Positions 23,401 to 34,116 of a DNA stretch of 64,000 nucleotides are shown piece after piece. The notes under the pieces are model-generated. The model was not told the origin of the DNA. It did no database searches and saw only the letters and a program-made list of their open reading frames with translations. Source of the stretch: Nemertoderma westbladi (lineage: Eukaryota > Animalia > Xenacoelomorpha). The stretch covers positions 1-64,000 of the forward strand of contig JAUCBJ010008732.1 of NCBI GenBank assembly GCA_032718475.1. Reading direction: 5' to 3'. Made by a program: the position numbers and the translations under genes. Each line of letters starts with the position of its first letter. The stretch's first letter is position 1.

Positions 23401-25136
23401 TGGGCTGTAGGTTCTATACTACTCAAGTCTGTGCTAGCTAGCTGTCTTCTAACAGCTGGGGGCAAATCAGGCAATTTGCGACGGTAAGATGTTTTTCTAC
23501 GCCTACTTAGATGAGATCTATTTCCTCCGCCTTCAGGATCGGTAGTCTCGCCTTCCTCCGAGGATGTGTATCCCTGGCGCTTGGGAGTAGATTTTCTCAT
23601 CATCTGCATTTGATTAGCAGTAAACTGTTTATTTATACTGTCTTGCGTCTCTTGCAGATTTTCCAACTCCAATTGGATAGTCTCCTCAGAAGCTCTCCGT
23701 TCTGCTTCTGCCACTGCTGCTTTTCTTTCTGCTTCTGCTTCTGCCGCCTTTCTTTCGGCTTCTGCTTCTGCTTCTGCCGCCTTTCTTTCGGCTTCTGCTT
23801 TTGCCGACTTTCTTTCGGCTTCTGCTTCTGCCGCCTTTCTTTCGGCTTCTGCTTCTGCTTCTGCCGCCTTTCTTTCGGCTTCTGCTTTTGCCGACTTTCT
23901 TTCGGCTTCTGCTTCTGCCGCCTTTCTTTCGGCTTCTGCTTCTGCCGCCGCTGCTGCTGCCACCTTTCTTTTCTCTATCCATTCTTTCTTTACTTGTTCT
24001 TCTCGGACTCTAGTGAGGCGGAGTTTTTCATCACATTCAGCTTGGTTTGCAGCTAACATTTCGGCATCGATTGAGTCCAACACGAGCTTGGTTCCTTCAC
24101 TATTAGGGGAAAGTCCAGACAGCCGTCTCCTCAACTCTTCGTCTCCTAGGAAACGCTGATAGTCGGACAAATAAATGTCGATAGCGTCTCTAGTTTGCGG
24201 TTTCTCGGCGGTCTCTTCGCTTTCCGCTTGAGAAAGGTTGACATCAGTTTGTTCTTCATAGGGTGATCTCTCAGCCAGCTGGGATTTCCACTGGGCCGTT
24301 TCCTGTACTTTGAGACCTACCCGATGTAACCAAGTTTTGACAGCAACCTGCAGCGACGTGTCCTGTCTTCTTTTGGAAGTTTCCTCAAAGGCTGAGAGGA
24401 TTAGTCGAATGCGTAGGGTTCTTTCGCGTACTTGGTATAGCAGCTCTTCCTGCTCTTGAGGTCCTTGAGGTTGTCGAAACAGTTGTTCTTCCAATCGCTC
24501 CAAGGAGCCGAAGAATCCCTGCACATATCCTGCTGCCGACCTCTTCCAAACAGCTGGATCCATTGTATCTTTAGCCACTCCCATCCTGTGTATATCTTCC
24601 CAAGTAGCCTCGGACAGATCCAACGGGAGTCCGAGTCCGGGAAAGTTCCATTGTGACTCGACAATAGACATCAATTCTTCCCTGGCGTATCCCGCATAAT
24701 TATCTTGGGTCGCTCGCTTATTTCTCGCCCAGTCGGCTTGATGTTCCTCCACTGCAATGAATATAGTAGTTAGCACTGCAGCAGGAAGGGTAAGAAGGGG
24801 GTCCGAGTAGACTGTAGCAGCTATCTGCACTCCGCTTTCGGGGGTCAGCTCTACAGTATCCGAACTACTGGAGCTATCGGGTCGCTGGGATGTAGGTTCT
24901 TGACCAAGATGTTGCTGCGATGGGACAACTGCCTCTTGGTTCCGTTTGACCTGTGCCCGAGTGCCTATGATGGACCTATGGTGGATTAGCCTAGGGTCTG
25001 ATACTACTGGAGGGATGACCTTTCTTGCAGTAGGAGGTGAGCTGAACTCCTTTCTTAATCGCTCCACACTCCTATCTGTGTCACAGATGGTTGTATCGAT
25101 CAGACTGTCTGACAGGTTTTGCTGAGTGTCAGACAT
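20409..25136 (-). CDS. BEL-2 Gag-protease polyprotein, 1575 aa, with internal pol deletions
   Basis: AEAERK coiled-coil repeats, a DUF1759-like KFNGDEMKWLPF region, the BEL triple knuckle CALCDGPH..C..CYNCLRSGH..C..CAKCGAKHHILLH, protease LLDSGS, then QWRHCLGTINPADIASRG (end of RH) and RPASRLCLLE (end of IN). Confidence 0.92.
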   Translation of the reverse strand: MSDTQQNLSDSLIDTTICDTDRSVERLRKEFSSPPTARKVIPPVVSDPRLIHHRSIIGTRAQVKRNQEAVVPSQQHLGQEPTSQRPDSSSSSDTVELTPESGVQIAATVYSDPLLTLPAAVLTTIFIAVEEHQADWARNKRATQDNYAGYAREELMSIVESQWNFPGLGLPLDLSEATWEDIHRMGVAKDTMDPAVWKRSAAGYVQGFFGSLERLEEQLFRQPQGPQEQEELLYQVRERTLRIRLILSAFEETSKRRQDTSLQVAVKTWLHRVGLKVQETAQWKSQLAERSPYEEQTDVNLSQAESEETAEKPQTRDAIDIYLSDYQRFLGDEELRRRLSGLSPNSEGTKLVLDSIDAEMLAANQAECDEKLRLTRVREEQVKKEWIEKRKVAAAAAAEAEAERKAAEAEAERKSAKAEAERKAAEAEAEAERKAAEAEAERKSAKAEAERKAAEAEAEAERKAAEAEAERKAAVAEAERRASEETIQLELENLQETQDSINKQFTANQMQMMRKSTPKRQGYTSSEEGETTDPEGGGNRSHLSRRRKTSYRRKLPDLPPAVRRQLASTDLSSIEPTAQSIKVQRLSTIVDEPEIIRPVVPKVTSVLETPVLPELNSKFPLHSTTLPVPGGTVQENIPVQIAEREIKNLSPVVPRQPATMLATPASAVEWVEEGRRGMNLLLGQMQETVHQLKGTVREGRAELQEVQQSIALERDKLVNIQKGIPIPPVTLCQPVRSEVLHAQGVEPTRIYTASEVETPIANPIKGDYRPVINDIPYRPDNDPRNLYTDNSILNNTMAQESFTRQMARTEARQAVKVGEIVKFNGDEMKWLPFNEYYKDSIQNSVLSNGEKLRFLIKCLEGPPKLMALKFIGHPDGLRQVWDTLNIRYGNKDNIAKYLYAKLVAPRHFLSSGIIEFSDEIQEICRQLDWLGKSHEYQSSMVIGAVVSTLPKGGVCTRWDKKVLYMNEQQRRSPTMADLMSFLDGEVKLQLIKQSREKTLENKVSEKPTSRRRVTPVCYTDDGESQASQEEDSGKDTDRSYYVDKTSKDVSKYKARNNDRREQVAKTPPQSPKRIHGRKPEERTRVHNVNQVKVSNIKPKCALCDGPHRLSACAEFLKKSLVDRRTVLWNKRLCYNCLRSGHQRRTCYSDVKCAKCGAKHHILLHSEFERDNPSQVSEPELHVQFSDINDTDQESEMEGFYTDEFSDANESCYLINTSVYRALTYEKDTNNEFPPTTFDRQPSWKAPTSNVGIREFPVVQVRVHGPNKSYIVNALLDSGSTGTFIDQELAEDIFAGQPKFRTKLNMSGIMQVWKSTLTADYYVGVLSTPQDKLGAQGIRSVKMVAIKNFATTQADLYNWDEDESIQHLKIPRFQTDYPGVQILIGQNAHEALETLEKRPAQPQPLQTYAVRTRVGWYFTGPSRRTLKERLPQQQVYQVKGEVESSDVDDPTEGTPYSSDNDDINSNVDQWRHCLGTINPADIASRGATPQELIDTPGWLGGSDSLSKEEEEWPPHLTTAEIRQAKGAEKVTQQLNRPASRLCLLERDRKLSGNYGRQDTLPTTTSLIRQISRDSIT

Positions 25137-26612
25137 GTTTAGCTATACAGTTGAATGTCTACTACTATAGTTTCAGTTAAAGCAAGTCTGGTAATTCAGT
25201 ATGACCGCAAGCCTAGCGATTTATTACCGGTACCGTTACTCGGTGTAACGTGATATATATACAATATATTAGAATACCGGTATGCTTATAGTATATATAA
25301 GTATTATTACAGACTAGATTTGTCACAGAGTACCGGTATATAATTTTAGCACAAATATATATAATATATAATAGGCCTATGGTGAATACCGGTATACAGC
25401 TGACACTTATAGTATATATAAGTATAATTATGAACTAGAATTAATTACAGAATACCGGTATGATTTCAGCTCAAATTTATAGAAATAAATATAATAAGCC
25501 TATGGTAAGTACCGGTATGTCAATTATTTTTTAGAATAATTGAATTTCTGAATATTTTAGGGTTACTTGGTTACTTTAACTTACTTTATTACCGTTATTT
25601 AAGCAGTAGTCCAACTGATATTGAGACCTAGTTGTTGTAAGGCAGGCCTACTATTTATAAATCGTTTGAGTTGATTTATAATAGATATATACCCGTTTAA
25701 AAAGGGGTTTTGTCAATATTTGAAATAAATGTTATTATTTCTGGGGGAGTCACTACACAGAAGCTGTGCGCTCTCAGTGAAGTGTTACTTATTGAGACAC
25801 TAAAACAGATAATTCTAATTTACCTAAGTTACTTAATACTACAAATTACTTACGATACGGGTGAGATTAATTCTCTAATTAAAAACACAACAAAATATTA
25901 CGTACGAAATTTTAGGGTAATTTTACAGGGAAACTACAAACCAGCCTAACAAAGGGTTAGATTTCTGGTTATTACAACGGACAGGGTACTACGGTATTTG
26001 AAATAATAAGTAGTAGTAAATATATTGCACTGTCCAGATAGGAAAATACCACCGCCTGACGACCTATAACCGTTTCGCTATAGGTACTACGTTATGTATC
26101 ACGGAGTGTTCCTACCTAGAAGTTAATAGAGCTAACGAATGTGCCTATCAACCACTTTACAACACAAATATACTGCCTACACACTAATTACTCTCGGAAG
26201 CACTGTACACTAAACCCTAAATTAGGTACAAGTACTGGTACAACAAATAATCAGTAGTTAAATATACTTGAACAGTTAAAAGAACCACGGCATCTGCTGG
26301 AGTGACCAGAGCACAAAGTCACCAGTCTTGTCCTACGCCAAGCAGCCCGTGTAGTACCGGGGTTAATTTAACTATAACGGTATGTATAACAAGCACAATT
26401 ACTGTAGGGATAAACTTGGGGACATGAATGTTGCGAATAATCGCATAAACTCTGAATAATAAATATTACGCTACCCGTACAGAATACTCAAACAAAAATA
26501 CAAACCAAACGCTGGCAGACTACTATCAAGCCTAAACAAACTACAGTATGTGCAGATTCTGAAACTGTTAGTTAGTATGCGTTCTAACACGGTAGTACGA
26601 CTTATTCTTTAA

Positions 26613-28189
26613 CCCTATTAAACCCGGGGGGGGGGGGGGGGGGTCAATATGACCCCTCCCGTGGTTTTTTTATTATAATTCTGAAACAAACGCAGTTGGG
26701 AATCTGAAATTTTATGACTTTTCCTAAAAATCTATTGTCTTCATGGTAGTGAAAACCGTTTTCAAAATATTGGGTACTTTTCGAGTTATAGCACCATATT
26801 TTAACCCTACCTTTGGCACTTTTTTTGAGACGTTTTTTGAAAATTACATTTCATTAAATATGAATTGTAACATCTCTATTTTTGATTTACACCGGTTTTT
26901 TGGTGTTAGAAATTGGATGGAATTCATATAAATTGATTTAGAAATTTCAAACTTGTTTTTTTCGATGGGTGCCAAATTTTGGTGCCAGCACCAAATTTTG
27001 AAATAAGTCAATTTTGTAAATTGATTGTTTGAAACTTGTTTTTTTACGTAATTGGGGTTTTTTGAGGTTCTGGATTCGATGAAATATATACGAGTTGAAC
27101 CAAGCGTATCAAACTTGTATTTTTCGGTGCTGTGTGCTAATTTTGGTGCTAGCACGAAATTTTGAAAATCCATTCAATATATAAAATTGCTTGTGACAAT
27201 TTATTTCTTGCGTTTTAGAGGTTTATGGCTGTTCTGAATTCAATGGAAAATATAATTATCGAACTAGACATCTCAAACTTGTATTTTTCGGATGTGGGTG
27301 CAAAATGTGGTGCTAGCACCAAATTTTGAAAACCATCAAATATATCAATTGATTGTGTCACCTTGTTTCTTGCGTTATACGGGTTTGTGATGGTTCTGAA
27401 TTCAATGGAATCAGTAAAAATTTCATAAGAGTTCTCAAACTTGTATTTTTCGCCGGTGGGTGAAAATTGTTGTGCCAGCACCAAATTTTGGAAAATATGC
27501 AAATTGATAAGTAGATAGTATCACCTTGTTTCTTGCGTTATACGGGTTTATGAGGGTCCTGAATCCGATGGAATCAATAAAAACAGCACTGGACATCGCA
27601 AACTTGTACTTTTTGGTGATGGGTGCGAAATTTGGTGCTTGCACCAAAATTTGCTAAATTACGCGAAAAATACAAGTAGCAATGATCTGGCATATTAGAA
27701 ATGTATTCCATTAGAATCAGCGCCCTCGAAAACCTGAAAATGTGAATTTATAGCATTGTATAAGTGAATTAAAAATTTTGTGTTCTATCTGAAAAGTGCT
27801 GGTTACTTGTTTTTTTCATTTTTTTCCTACGCAGAGAGGACTAAACAGCCATTTATAGTAATTATATCATTTTCAAATATTTTCCAATGTATTTTGCACC
27901 CCAAAAAACCTGTATTGAAAAATAATTAGCCGAAAATGTAACTTTCAAATTTTGTGAAAATTGTGCACTACTTGTAATTTTGGTGCTGCAATATAACCAC
28001 CCCAGTACATTTTTTCGAAAATTTCTTTTTTCGGTCGAATCCAGACAAGTGATACCTACGTACAAACAAAAAATCAGAAAAATCACAAAAAATCAAACAA
28101 ATAAATATTTGTAGATTTTAGAGGGGGGGGGGTCAATATGACCCCCTCCCGGTATTTGTACAACATTTTATAGCCCGGTACTAATAGGG
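26613..28189. mobile_element. Non-autonomous piggyBac-like element (1577 bp) in the BEL-2 leader
   Basis: TTAA TSD at 26609-26612 and 28190-28193. TIRs CCCTATTAAACCCGGG / CCCTATTAGTACCGGG, subterminal ggggtcaatatgacccc repeats and internal degenerate tandem units. The empty site cttattctttaagagggg is visible in the duplicated leader unit at ~28470. Confidence 0.9.
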
Positions 28190-28968
28190 TTAAGAGGGGA
28201 TTGACCTTACAGCATATGGCTGCCCCAACTTACTAACGGCACTTTATCAGACAAACTCTACACACGCAGCAATCCCTTCAGGCCTAAGAATAGCTAGACA
28301 TCAATCTAGCCTACAAAATATTTGAGTAATAACTATTACGGTACCTGAACAGACTACACAAACAAACACAGGCCAAAATGCTGGTAGACCACGATCAAGC
28401 CTAAATAAACTACAGTATATGCAGATTCTGAAACTGTTAGTTAGTATGCGTTCTAACACGGTAGTACGACTTATTCTTTAAGAGGGGATTGACCTTACAG
28501 CATATGGCTGCCCCAACTTACTAACGGCACTTTATCAGACAAACTCTACACACGCCGCAGTCTCTCCAGACTCAACAACAGTCAGACAACAGTCAAGCCT
28601 ACAATTATTTGTACAATTTGAGCAGGGTCACACGCCTTCTGCTCAATATTAGCTTACATGTAAATAAAACCGACAGAAATAAGTAGAATCTCAAATAAAA
28701 ATCAGGGCGGCCGTTCCCTGATTGAGTACCAAGACCTACCGGTATACAATAATCAAAATCGAATAATACTAATGTACTTATACAGCAGTACCGGTTAGGA
28801 CAGTCGGGCCTACAGACCTACAGAAGTACCGGTTCTGGCAGTTGGACCTACGGACCTACAGCAGTACCGGTTCTGACAGTTGGGCCTACTGACCTACAGA
28901 AGTACCGGTTCAGGTTTACCGGTCACTACGGTATTTTTCAACCTTATTGCTTACTGCAATAAGATCGT

Positions 28969-28978
28969 TAACTGTTAC
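28969..28978 (-). promoter_or_regulatory. Non-tRNA primer-binding site of BEL-2 (sense GTAACAGTTA)
   Basis: Abuts the 5' LTR, has no TGG, and is the perfect reverse complement of LTR segment 29701-29710 (16803-16812 in the 3' LTR). Confidence 0.7.
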
Positions 28979-30157
28979 TGTTCGCGCTTTTGAAGACCTT
29001 TAGCAGTTTAACCTGCCAAAATTTATATGTCTTTTAGTTAATTAAAACACCTTTAGCATACGACAATATTTTATGCTAATAAACAAAACATTAGCCGAAG
29101 TCAGCCCATGCGCGATCATTCACCCGATGGATCTACACCCGGGAGGCTGAATTCGGATGCTTAAATTTTATTATTGCAGTGTAAGGTTGCAGTGTAAACC
29201 TACTGTATTATTCGATAGATCGTTAATAATTAATTTCTGACAGATATTATTGGCTTTCGGGAAATATTAACAGTTCCTTTAGGACGTGGTGCTCTATCTA
29301 TTTAAACAGAACTAGGACTTATACTAAACGCAACGATACCGCTTATGATTAAAGTATAAGGCGCATTCTTTAGGAAATCATGCATTATCACAATCATGCA
29401 CACTATTCTGCCGACCGTCAGTAAATTTGATCACACATAAAGAGAGCAGCAATTGACTCATGTAGGGTCTGCTAAATAACATTAGATTCAATACACACCA
29501 CATTGATATAAATCGCAATTGTTATGTATAGCCTGTCTCTCTAACCTGTAGTGTATCAAGAAAATTGGGAATTTTGGGTGATTTATCCGTATTCTCCAAA
29601 GGGCAATAATTCATCAACAAATAGATACAATTAATAACTGACGGTAAATAACAGTACAAACAATATGATTAGTGCAGTTAAATTAAGTGAGTTAGGTAAG
29701 GTAACAGTTATACTTTCGATAATTTAAGCAGTTTTACTGGAGTTCTTCCCAAAAGCCGGTGTTATGGCGAAAAATGGGAACATAACAACAGAATCATATG
29801 AAGAATCATATGACTACATGACTATACGAGGATACCAACTACCCTTATTCCCCGAAGCTCCCGTCCAACACAGAGGATGAGCATACAGATAGGAAATTCA
29901 GTTCAGTAGCTCTGGGATAGGTCAAAATCAACGCCCACTCAAATTCTATTGGCCGATACGGACAGCAGGGCTGAGGCAACCTCCCTAAGCTGGTTGGCCG
30001 ATTAAACGGAGCCCAGATACCTCCGTACAGCACATCAGCCAATAAGCTGGTAGCTTGCACTATTTTAGCTATAGATCCCTTTTAGAGTATTCTAGCGACC
30101 GGGGGGGAACTGGCCAGCAAAGGCAAACGAATCAGTTATCCCACAAAAGCTTTTACA
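28979..30157 (-). repeat. 5' LTR of BEL-2 (1179 bp)
   Basis: Direct repeat of 16086-17259. Confidence 0.95.
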
Positions 30158-32371
30158 ACCGCAAATATTCCACTTTAGTACACTTATATGTAAAATTGTA
30201 ATCTATGAAGTCATTCCTTCCCGAAGTGGCACAAGTATACCCTTTGGTTCAAGTAACCCCGGATGACGGTACCTAGGAAGATTTTTCGTAGAGTAGAAGT
30301 AAAACTCTCACCTTCGACTTTTCAGTACTCAATGACTCATTTCTGGACCGCTTCGAGGGATTAGACCGCTTTTCGCAAAGTTTTGGAGACACAAAATTCG
30401 TCCGCGACGCCGAAAACGGAACAACCCACATCCGGTTTGTATCTGGGACTTTGTACGACTGGAAGATCAAAGGAGCGTAAGTTTTACGACTCGTGTCGTT
30501 CAAACTTAAGAGCACAGTAGTACTCAAAATTTGTGGGTTCCACTGTCTAATTAGTAGTGTTGTTGGTACTTATTTTCCCATTAGACGTTGCTGTTTTGCC
30601 TATTATTTGCACTTGTTGATCTACATTTTGGTAGTGTATACCGTTATCTCACTTATTTGTACAAATTTAGCCAGTAGGCTAGATTATTATATTTTATTAT
30701 ATACTTTGATTTTATTTGTACCGGTTAGGGTATATATATAGTCTGTATATATACCAAGGTAAGTTTGACATTTCGACATTCTGACACTTTGAAATTTTAT
30801 TACCCGTACTTGACGTATATAATAGACATGAGTGATACACCACATTCGACTCGATACCCACCTACCGACTATGACTCGTGTGACCCAGACAGATTGACAG
30901 TAGACAAACCGAGAAGGAGGACCCGAGATTCTACCGATGTCACACCGTGTGCGTCGCCAGTACCCCGAATGGAAATACCAGTATTTGACGGTAGAACCGA
31001 AGACTTCCTTACCGTCTGCAATCCAGATCGATGGAACCGGACACGGTAAGTTCGACTGGAAGCCAAGAGAATATTATTAGGAGTATAGGAGGATACATTA
31101 CTCGAAATTTCGGAGAAGGTTTTCGCGTTTTGCGGCGAGTTAACCGCCCCGATGTCGAGATACGAGTTCTACACCTTACAGGTAAGGATAGCTTGTGGCG
31201 ACAACTTTACCCAGGTAAAGATAATCGATAAGTTGGTAAGTGTGAGGGAAAGCCTCATCCAGTAAGTCGGTTGTAGAATTAACTCAACGAGAGCAACTCG
31301 ATCAACTGATGGGTGAGTCTGTTTCCGACGCGTTGTTGCAACCCAAAGAGGATGAAGAACTATACTGCCTGGACGGGAGGTTAGAAACACTCACCAATTT
31401 TCTTCGTAGATGTGGCGTACCGATCGAAGAACCGGAAGTCAAACCGTGAGGGACGACGGAAGTTTTCGCTACAGAAGGCTCGCGAGCCTACCAAATCCAC
31501 CAATGGATAGATCGTTCGTTAGTGTACAAAGCGACGTTGGCGATGTTAGTAGGACAGCATCTGTAATTACTCGACAACAACAGGAGGTTGCACGCCGACA
31601 ACAAGTCGCCGAGGAAGAAGCGCAATGGCAGATGGCACAGATTGCTATCAAGGGAGAGAAACAATGCAGATAAGCGAGAATTGCGAAACTCCAGGTTCAA
31701 GCCGAATTTGAAGCCTTGGAAATGCGGAGACTGGAGGAGGACTTGGCGCAAGAAGCGGCCGCAGCGGCAGCAGCACGACAGGCAGAAGCTGATGAGTTAG
31801 TGCGGAAGAAAGTGGCATCTGACGCTCGTGCTCAGTTGGAAGCATGGCAAATAAAATCACGTTTAGCCATTCAGGAAGCGGAATTAGCGGCACAACAACA
31901 GGAGGCAGACCGACGCGAGAGAGAGATGCAGTTCCAGTTCGAACTAAATCGCAGATCGAGCGAGGCGGTGAACGCGCAAGAGGACCTCGAACTCGACGCG
32001 AGAGATAGATCTATAAGGTCTCGAGCTGGACATAAACTTGTCTGCCCTGGATCGCATGGAGACTCGATATCGCGGAATTCAGAAGCAAATCGAGGAAGGA
32101 AGTGTGGGAGCGATAGATCGAGGGGAGGAGTTCGTCGAGGATTACTGTCAACTTTTTCCCCAAGTTATTCCTATGCTCAAACCCACGACTCCAGTAAAAC
32201 CGGTCATAGTTGCAAAACTGAAGGAAATATCACCTGTGCAAGGTAATAGGTTTTTTTATGTCGGAATCAATTCTGCAGCCAAGAGCGACTTCATCGCCGA
32301 TTCTCGCAGGTAAGATAAGTAGTCCGCCTACTGTAAGCCGTAGTTTACTTGTAGAGAGAGAATCACCAGCC

Positions 32372-34116
32372 GATCGCCTCAATGGTTGGAAAGCCCACTT
32401 TGAAAAGCTCCTCAATAATGACAGGGTATTGCCAGTTAATTTACTTAATTAACTTAATGACAGTTAAATGATAACTTTATAGAAGTAAAAGTGTCTGAGT
32501 CTGTACTCCCAGATATTCCCATTGGCGATATCTCCTTTGCAGAAGTGAAGACTGCTGCAAAGAGCATTAAGACCAATCGTGCCAGTGGAGTAGATGGTGT
32601 TCCCCCTGAGGTCTTTAAAATACCTGAGTGTTTAAAACTCATCTATCCCATCATAGTAGACATGTACCGAACAACAAGAGTCCCACAAGAAATGAAAACA
32701 AATAAGTTGGTGTCTGTTCCCAAGAACGGCAACCTAACACTCTATGGTTCTTTTCGGGGAATCTCATTGATCTCGATTGCTGCAAAGCTATACAATAGGA
32801 TTCTATTAAATCGCATCAGGGATCCCATTGAGAGACTGCTCCATGGAAATCAGAATGGGTTCCGTAAAGGTCGTGGGACCATGGAGCCCATTTTGGCACT
32901 TAGAAGGATAATTGAAGAGTTATCAAAAAAGAAAGACAGGCATCTGGCTGTTATCTTTGTTGACTTCTTCAAGGCCTTTGATTCAGTCTCTCGCTCACGT
33001 ATGTTCAGCATACTTTCATTATATGGGATTCCTGATGAAATTATTGCAGCAATCAGATCAGTATACGATGGATCGACAACATTTGTGTCTACTGTTGATG
33101 GTGACACAGAACCATTTGAAGTGTTATGGGGCGTCCTCCAAGGAGACACACTTGCACCATTCTTGTTCATGATTGTGGTTGACTATGTTCTACGCATGTC
33201 CTTAGATCATTATAATGATGATGGGGTGATGATAACTCCACCTACTGGCTCCAGAAGTCGAGGAAATCCTGCCAAGTACCTAACTGATCTAGACTTTGCT
33301 GATGACTTAGGAGTACTCTCAGAATCATTAGAGGGAGCCCAACGGCTCCTCAGCTCATTAGAACATGCTGCTTCTAGTGTTGGTCTTTTTATTAACTCCA
33401 GAAAGACCAAAATTCTGACAGTTAACTTTGAAAGTCCTTAGCAAGTCTCTGATCGGATGAGCATAAGCTCAAAGGATGGTATGCTTGAGCATGTGGACGA
33501 CTTCTGTCACCTGGGATCATGGATCCGTAAGTCAGGTGAGGACCTTCGAATACGTAAGGGAAAGGCATGGGCAGCCTTAAATAGGCTTTCCAGGATTTGG
33601 AAGTCACCGAGAATTAATCGGAAACTTAAGGTCCGATTATTTAGAGCAGCAGTAGTTCCAGTACTCCTCTACGGGAGTCCATGCTGGGCTCTAACTGCTG
33701 AGGACACCAAATCTCTGGATGGCACATTCACAAGAATGCTACGCCGGGTTCATTGTGTCAAGTATAATGCACACATCTCCAACCAGACACTATATAACAT
33801 TGGAGGTGTCTCATTGGTTCCCCCAAGCTTGACACTAGAACAAAATCGCCTCCGCTTTGCAGGACATTGCTTTCGCCATGAGGACCAGCCAGTGCATAAT
33901 CTTGTACTTTGGCATCCTCGTGGAGTGAATAAGCATGGTGGACAGCCCATGACTTTCTTGAGACGCATCTTAAAGGACACTGGCCTTAAAGATGCGGATG
34001 ATCTAGCAAATGTCATGGGTGATAGGGAGTTGTGGCGGTGCAATTTTGTTGACAAGCCGGCACAGCATTCTTAAAAATGCAGCTGCAATGCAGCATGCCG
34101 ATCCTAGTAGTAGTAG
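32372..34116 (+). mobile_element. 5'-truncated RTE-clade LINE inserted in BEL-3 gag
   Basis: 12-bp TSD tgtagagagaga (32360-32371 and 34117-34128) and a (TAG)n tail. Removing it restores gag LLVER|DEPAF. Confidence 0.92.
32491..34074 (+). pseudogene. RTE reverse transcriptase with one in-frame stop (33439-33441)
   Basis: QNGFRKGR, FVDFFKAFDSV, GVLQGDTLAPFLF, DLDFADD, then FCHLGS, VLLYGS and RLRFAGHCFR. Confidence 0.92.

Larger units (their letters stand above)
16086..30157 (-). mobile_element. BEL/Pao LTR retrotransposon BEL-2, non-autonomous (14.1 kb including a piggyBac insert)
   Basis: Two near-identical LTRs, a PPT, a Gag-protease ORF with remnants of RH and IN, and an extra 3' ORF. No matching TSD (ctgac vs accgc). 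Confidence 0.95.
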
